Shown here: positions 61,393-64,000 of the stretch, one piece after another
How positions within the stretch are numbered: the stretch's first letter is position 1
Layout: every line of letters begins with the position of its first letter
Origin: Marsupella aquatica
Lineage: Eukaryota > Plantae > Marchantiophyta
Assembly: GCA_973895155.1 (NCBI GenBank)
Contig: OZ316891.1
Span: forward strand, 5,241,708 to 5,305,707
Length of the DNA stretch: 64,000 nt
Direction of reading: 5' to 3'
Notes under the pieces: generated by a model
What the model saw: the letters and a program-made list of their open reading frames with translations, nothing else
The model's database searches: none
What the model was told of the DNA's origin: nothing
Translations under genes and position numbers: made by a program

Positions 61393-62797
61393 AGAGGTCG
61401 ATCAAGCTACAGAGAACTAGAGAGTGGTCGACCTTCGCAAACTCACATACTGAACTCGCCTCTGTGTGTAAGTCACTCGAGAATCAGATTCTCGATCACC
61501 AAGACAGTAGGTATCGATCAAATCTAGGAACAATCCGAACTACAATGCAAGAAGACTCTTAGGGCTCGAATGATGGTTTGGGCTGAATGTAATGATGCTT
61601 TTATAAGGAGCTAATGACCCAAACCTCGAACCCAACATACCCTTACATACGTACAGCCAATAGACAAGCAGCAAGGCTATGTTTTTCCTTTGAGCAACTA
61701 CACCAAAACTTTGTAGATGATAGGTTGGCTGTTCATTTTGTGGATAGTTTCTCTAAAACTTATTATTTATGCCAGAATTCTGGAAGAATGGACGAAAAGC
61801 AGAATGAAAAGTTGGCTTGGGTGAGATTTTTCATTTCTTTTTCTTTGAGGACTGGCGCGAATGTTAGTGTAGAGGCCGTCATAGCTTGGAAATGTAGCAA
61901 ATCACTGTGCAGTCGACTATATATGGCTATGTTGGCAGTAAAGGGTTCCACAAGGCAGATATATCCCCTTCCCATGTGGGACATACTCCCATTTTGTTGA
62001 GGTTTCTCCTATCATTTTAACAAATAAGTAGGAGAACGCGCAAAGTGGTAGAATTGCACACATTCCCACTTCTGAAAATAGGAGCTTCTCCTAGTTCTGA
62101 TTTAATGTGGGACCCCATGTTAAAATTAAATTTCCCAGTATGTTATGTAGTAATTCCTGAGGATATCTTTGGGTAATTTTAATACTTTTAAGTGGAACAA
62201 GGCACTTATATTGTTTATGTAGATTGTTAGGTTATGATTCATGCATCATTACCCATTTAGAATTCATTGACACAATTTTTATAGCCCAAATTGATGCTCT
62301 GGTTGAAGATTTATGAGCAGTTTTAGTGTTTGTAGGTAAGTATACAAATTCTGGTCTGAACACAAGAGAATTGGCAAAAACCCACTTATTACCGATGGAA
62401 AATACAAATACTCTACTATTGTCTCTTTGTAAGTAGGATTAAGAACACCAATATCAAACTAGGTAAAAGTCACACATAAGGTAGGATAAATTTGATTTCC
62501 GACAGGGACATGTGGCAGTTTTTCCCTGTGTTCATGTTCACTCCAGCTCTGTGAAAGTTCTTCCGAGAAGAGTGTCTCACATCTTCCTATCGCTCCTGTC
62601 ATCCAAGACAAAAAACCATCTGCTTAGGAGAGTCGGGTAGGAACTTTAGGGTACGATGGAGACGATCGATCTTAATTAGCGGAGTAGCAGTTTAGCTTCT
62701 TTTAGAGTTTCTGATACTAAAGAGAGGGTTTTCCGAGCTTTGTGCTGACTCCTTACATACTTTGACCTAGGTATCCAGAGAAAGTTCAGGGAAAGTT

Positions 62798-63878
62798 ATG
62801 GGTGGTAGGCAAGCAGTCGATGTCGGAGACGATAAAATAAACTTAGGCATTGAGCCTAAAAGTCGCATGAGAGAAGAGGTTGAGGAGCTCGAGGATTTGA
62901 TTGAAGATGCACTCGAGGATGATGAGTTTGCCCAAGTTCTGCAGTTGGTCCCTCGGGATGAATTGAAGAACTATGATACAATGAAGGGTTTCAAGTTTCT
63001 AGCAGAGCAGCTATCTGGTTCCAGAGAGTGTGCAGCGCAATAATCTGTCCAAACCGTCTCGGTGAGGCTTTACGTTCTAACTGAAACCTGGATCTACTTC
63101 CTGTGCTGGTTGCTGATAGGTTCGACAACCTTTAGCTGAGCTGTCCATTTGAGTTGTTGCCCATGCCTGCCTTAACTTAGTTCAAGACCTCTATCGATGC
63201 TTTGTGTGTTTATTTGTTTTACTGATTTTTTTGATCCGATCCATAGCTGTATATACGTTTGTGATATTTCCTTTCCATCACCCTATTCATTAAAAGTGTA
63301 TTTTATTTTGTTCAATTTTAGGCCTTGAAATGTACACTTTTTGGTCTCTAAATGTACACTTTTTCACCCCAAAAGGTACACTATAGTACAATAATCTACA
63401 CCTAAATGGTCAATTGTAAACTTGAGGGGGCAAAAATGATCTTTACTAGAAGGAGCCTCGTCCTAGTTCATTTTAAAAGAATGAACATGGTGGTATGTCT
63501 GATGGTCATCACTTTTATTTTTTGCCCAAATGTACACTTTTTATTGCCCAAATGTTCATAAATCAAATAATAATTCACTTTTAATGAATAGATTGATTTC
63601 CCCAATCTCAGGCTGAGGCGACTTTGCTAGAAAGACCTGTATCTGCCCTTTGATTCAAATTAACCTTAGACCTACCAGTTTTTAAAATAGTCACAGAATT
63701 CTGACTACGGACATAGTCTTAAACTGAGTGCATATTAACATTTTAGTCAAAACATAACTTGCTATGTGTATTCTTTCATGTGATGCAGATTGTTGAAGGA
63801 TTCCCCGGAAGAGGAACCGGATCACGGTTACCCTTCAGGAAAAGGCTCCAAACAATGCAAAAGATTCCCCTGATCTGA
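62798..63878 (+). pseudogene. Orphan acidic protein family copy; exon 1 62798-63061 with premature TAA, exon 2 from ~63790
   Basis: TAA at 63041-63043 where the 52.9-kb paralog has CAA; shared GTGAG donor and TGCAG acceptor. Confidence 0.45.
63277..63597. mobile_element. MITE family C, 4-bp TSD TTCC
   Basis: ATCACCCTATTCATTAAAAGTG / CACTTTTAATGAATAGATTGAT TIRs; TTCC at 63273-63276 and 63598-63601; empty site in the inverted paralog near 52630-52650. Confidence 0.88.
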
Positions 63879-64000
63879 AGAGTAATTTAATGTTGTAAAA
63901 CACTTGCTCGTAAATCACTTAGGAGATTAAGCTTTTCTCTTAGCTTAACCTGCGCCTCCATTCTTACTTCCGGCCGCTCTCTTCCCTACTGTCGATCCTA

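Larger units (their letters stand above)
57901..61785. repeat. Long inverted repeat: arms 57901-59503 and 60142-61785, spacer 59504-60141
   Basis: Arms are reverse complements along their length, including promoter, ORF and 3' region. Confidence 0.92.

Noticed and set aside
63790-63830. IVEGFPGRGTGS as a possible P-loop
   Set aside because: Lacks the GK[ST] signature, and the paralog reads TVEGFPGSETGS

Overview
Repeat-rich nuclear DNA from a non-seed land plant, most likely a bryophyte or liverwort, inferred from a spliceosomal-intron-containing microbial-type terpene synthase. 1-14.5 kb is a stack of nested transposon remnants. It includes a ~1.45-kb LTR family with non-canonical AGT...ACT termini, 5-bp TSDs and a Met-tRNA PBS, plus three MITE families. 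Intact genes reconstructed by hand: a 4-exon MTPSL terpene synthase (399 aa, minus), a 4-exon XTH (314 aa, minus), tRNA-Pro(UGG), and APC11 (84 aa). APC11 only translates correctly with a single-nucleotide exon (A43143) after a U12-like intron, and it carries a C73Y zinc-ligand substitution. Also present: an intact Bianca-type Ty1/copia element with identical 149-bp LTRs and a half-tRNA-Ile PBS; a MUT-7/EXD3-like pseudogene; an orphan ORF of three 43-aa repeats with a conserved ubiquitin-tail-like (M[RK]IRGG) core; and, from 52-64 kb, an imperfect palindrome whose core is a tail-to-tail inverted pair of orphan single-TM genes. All analysis was by eye; no database searches were run.
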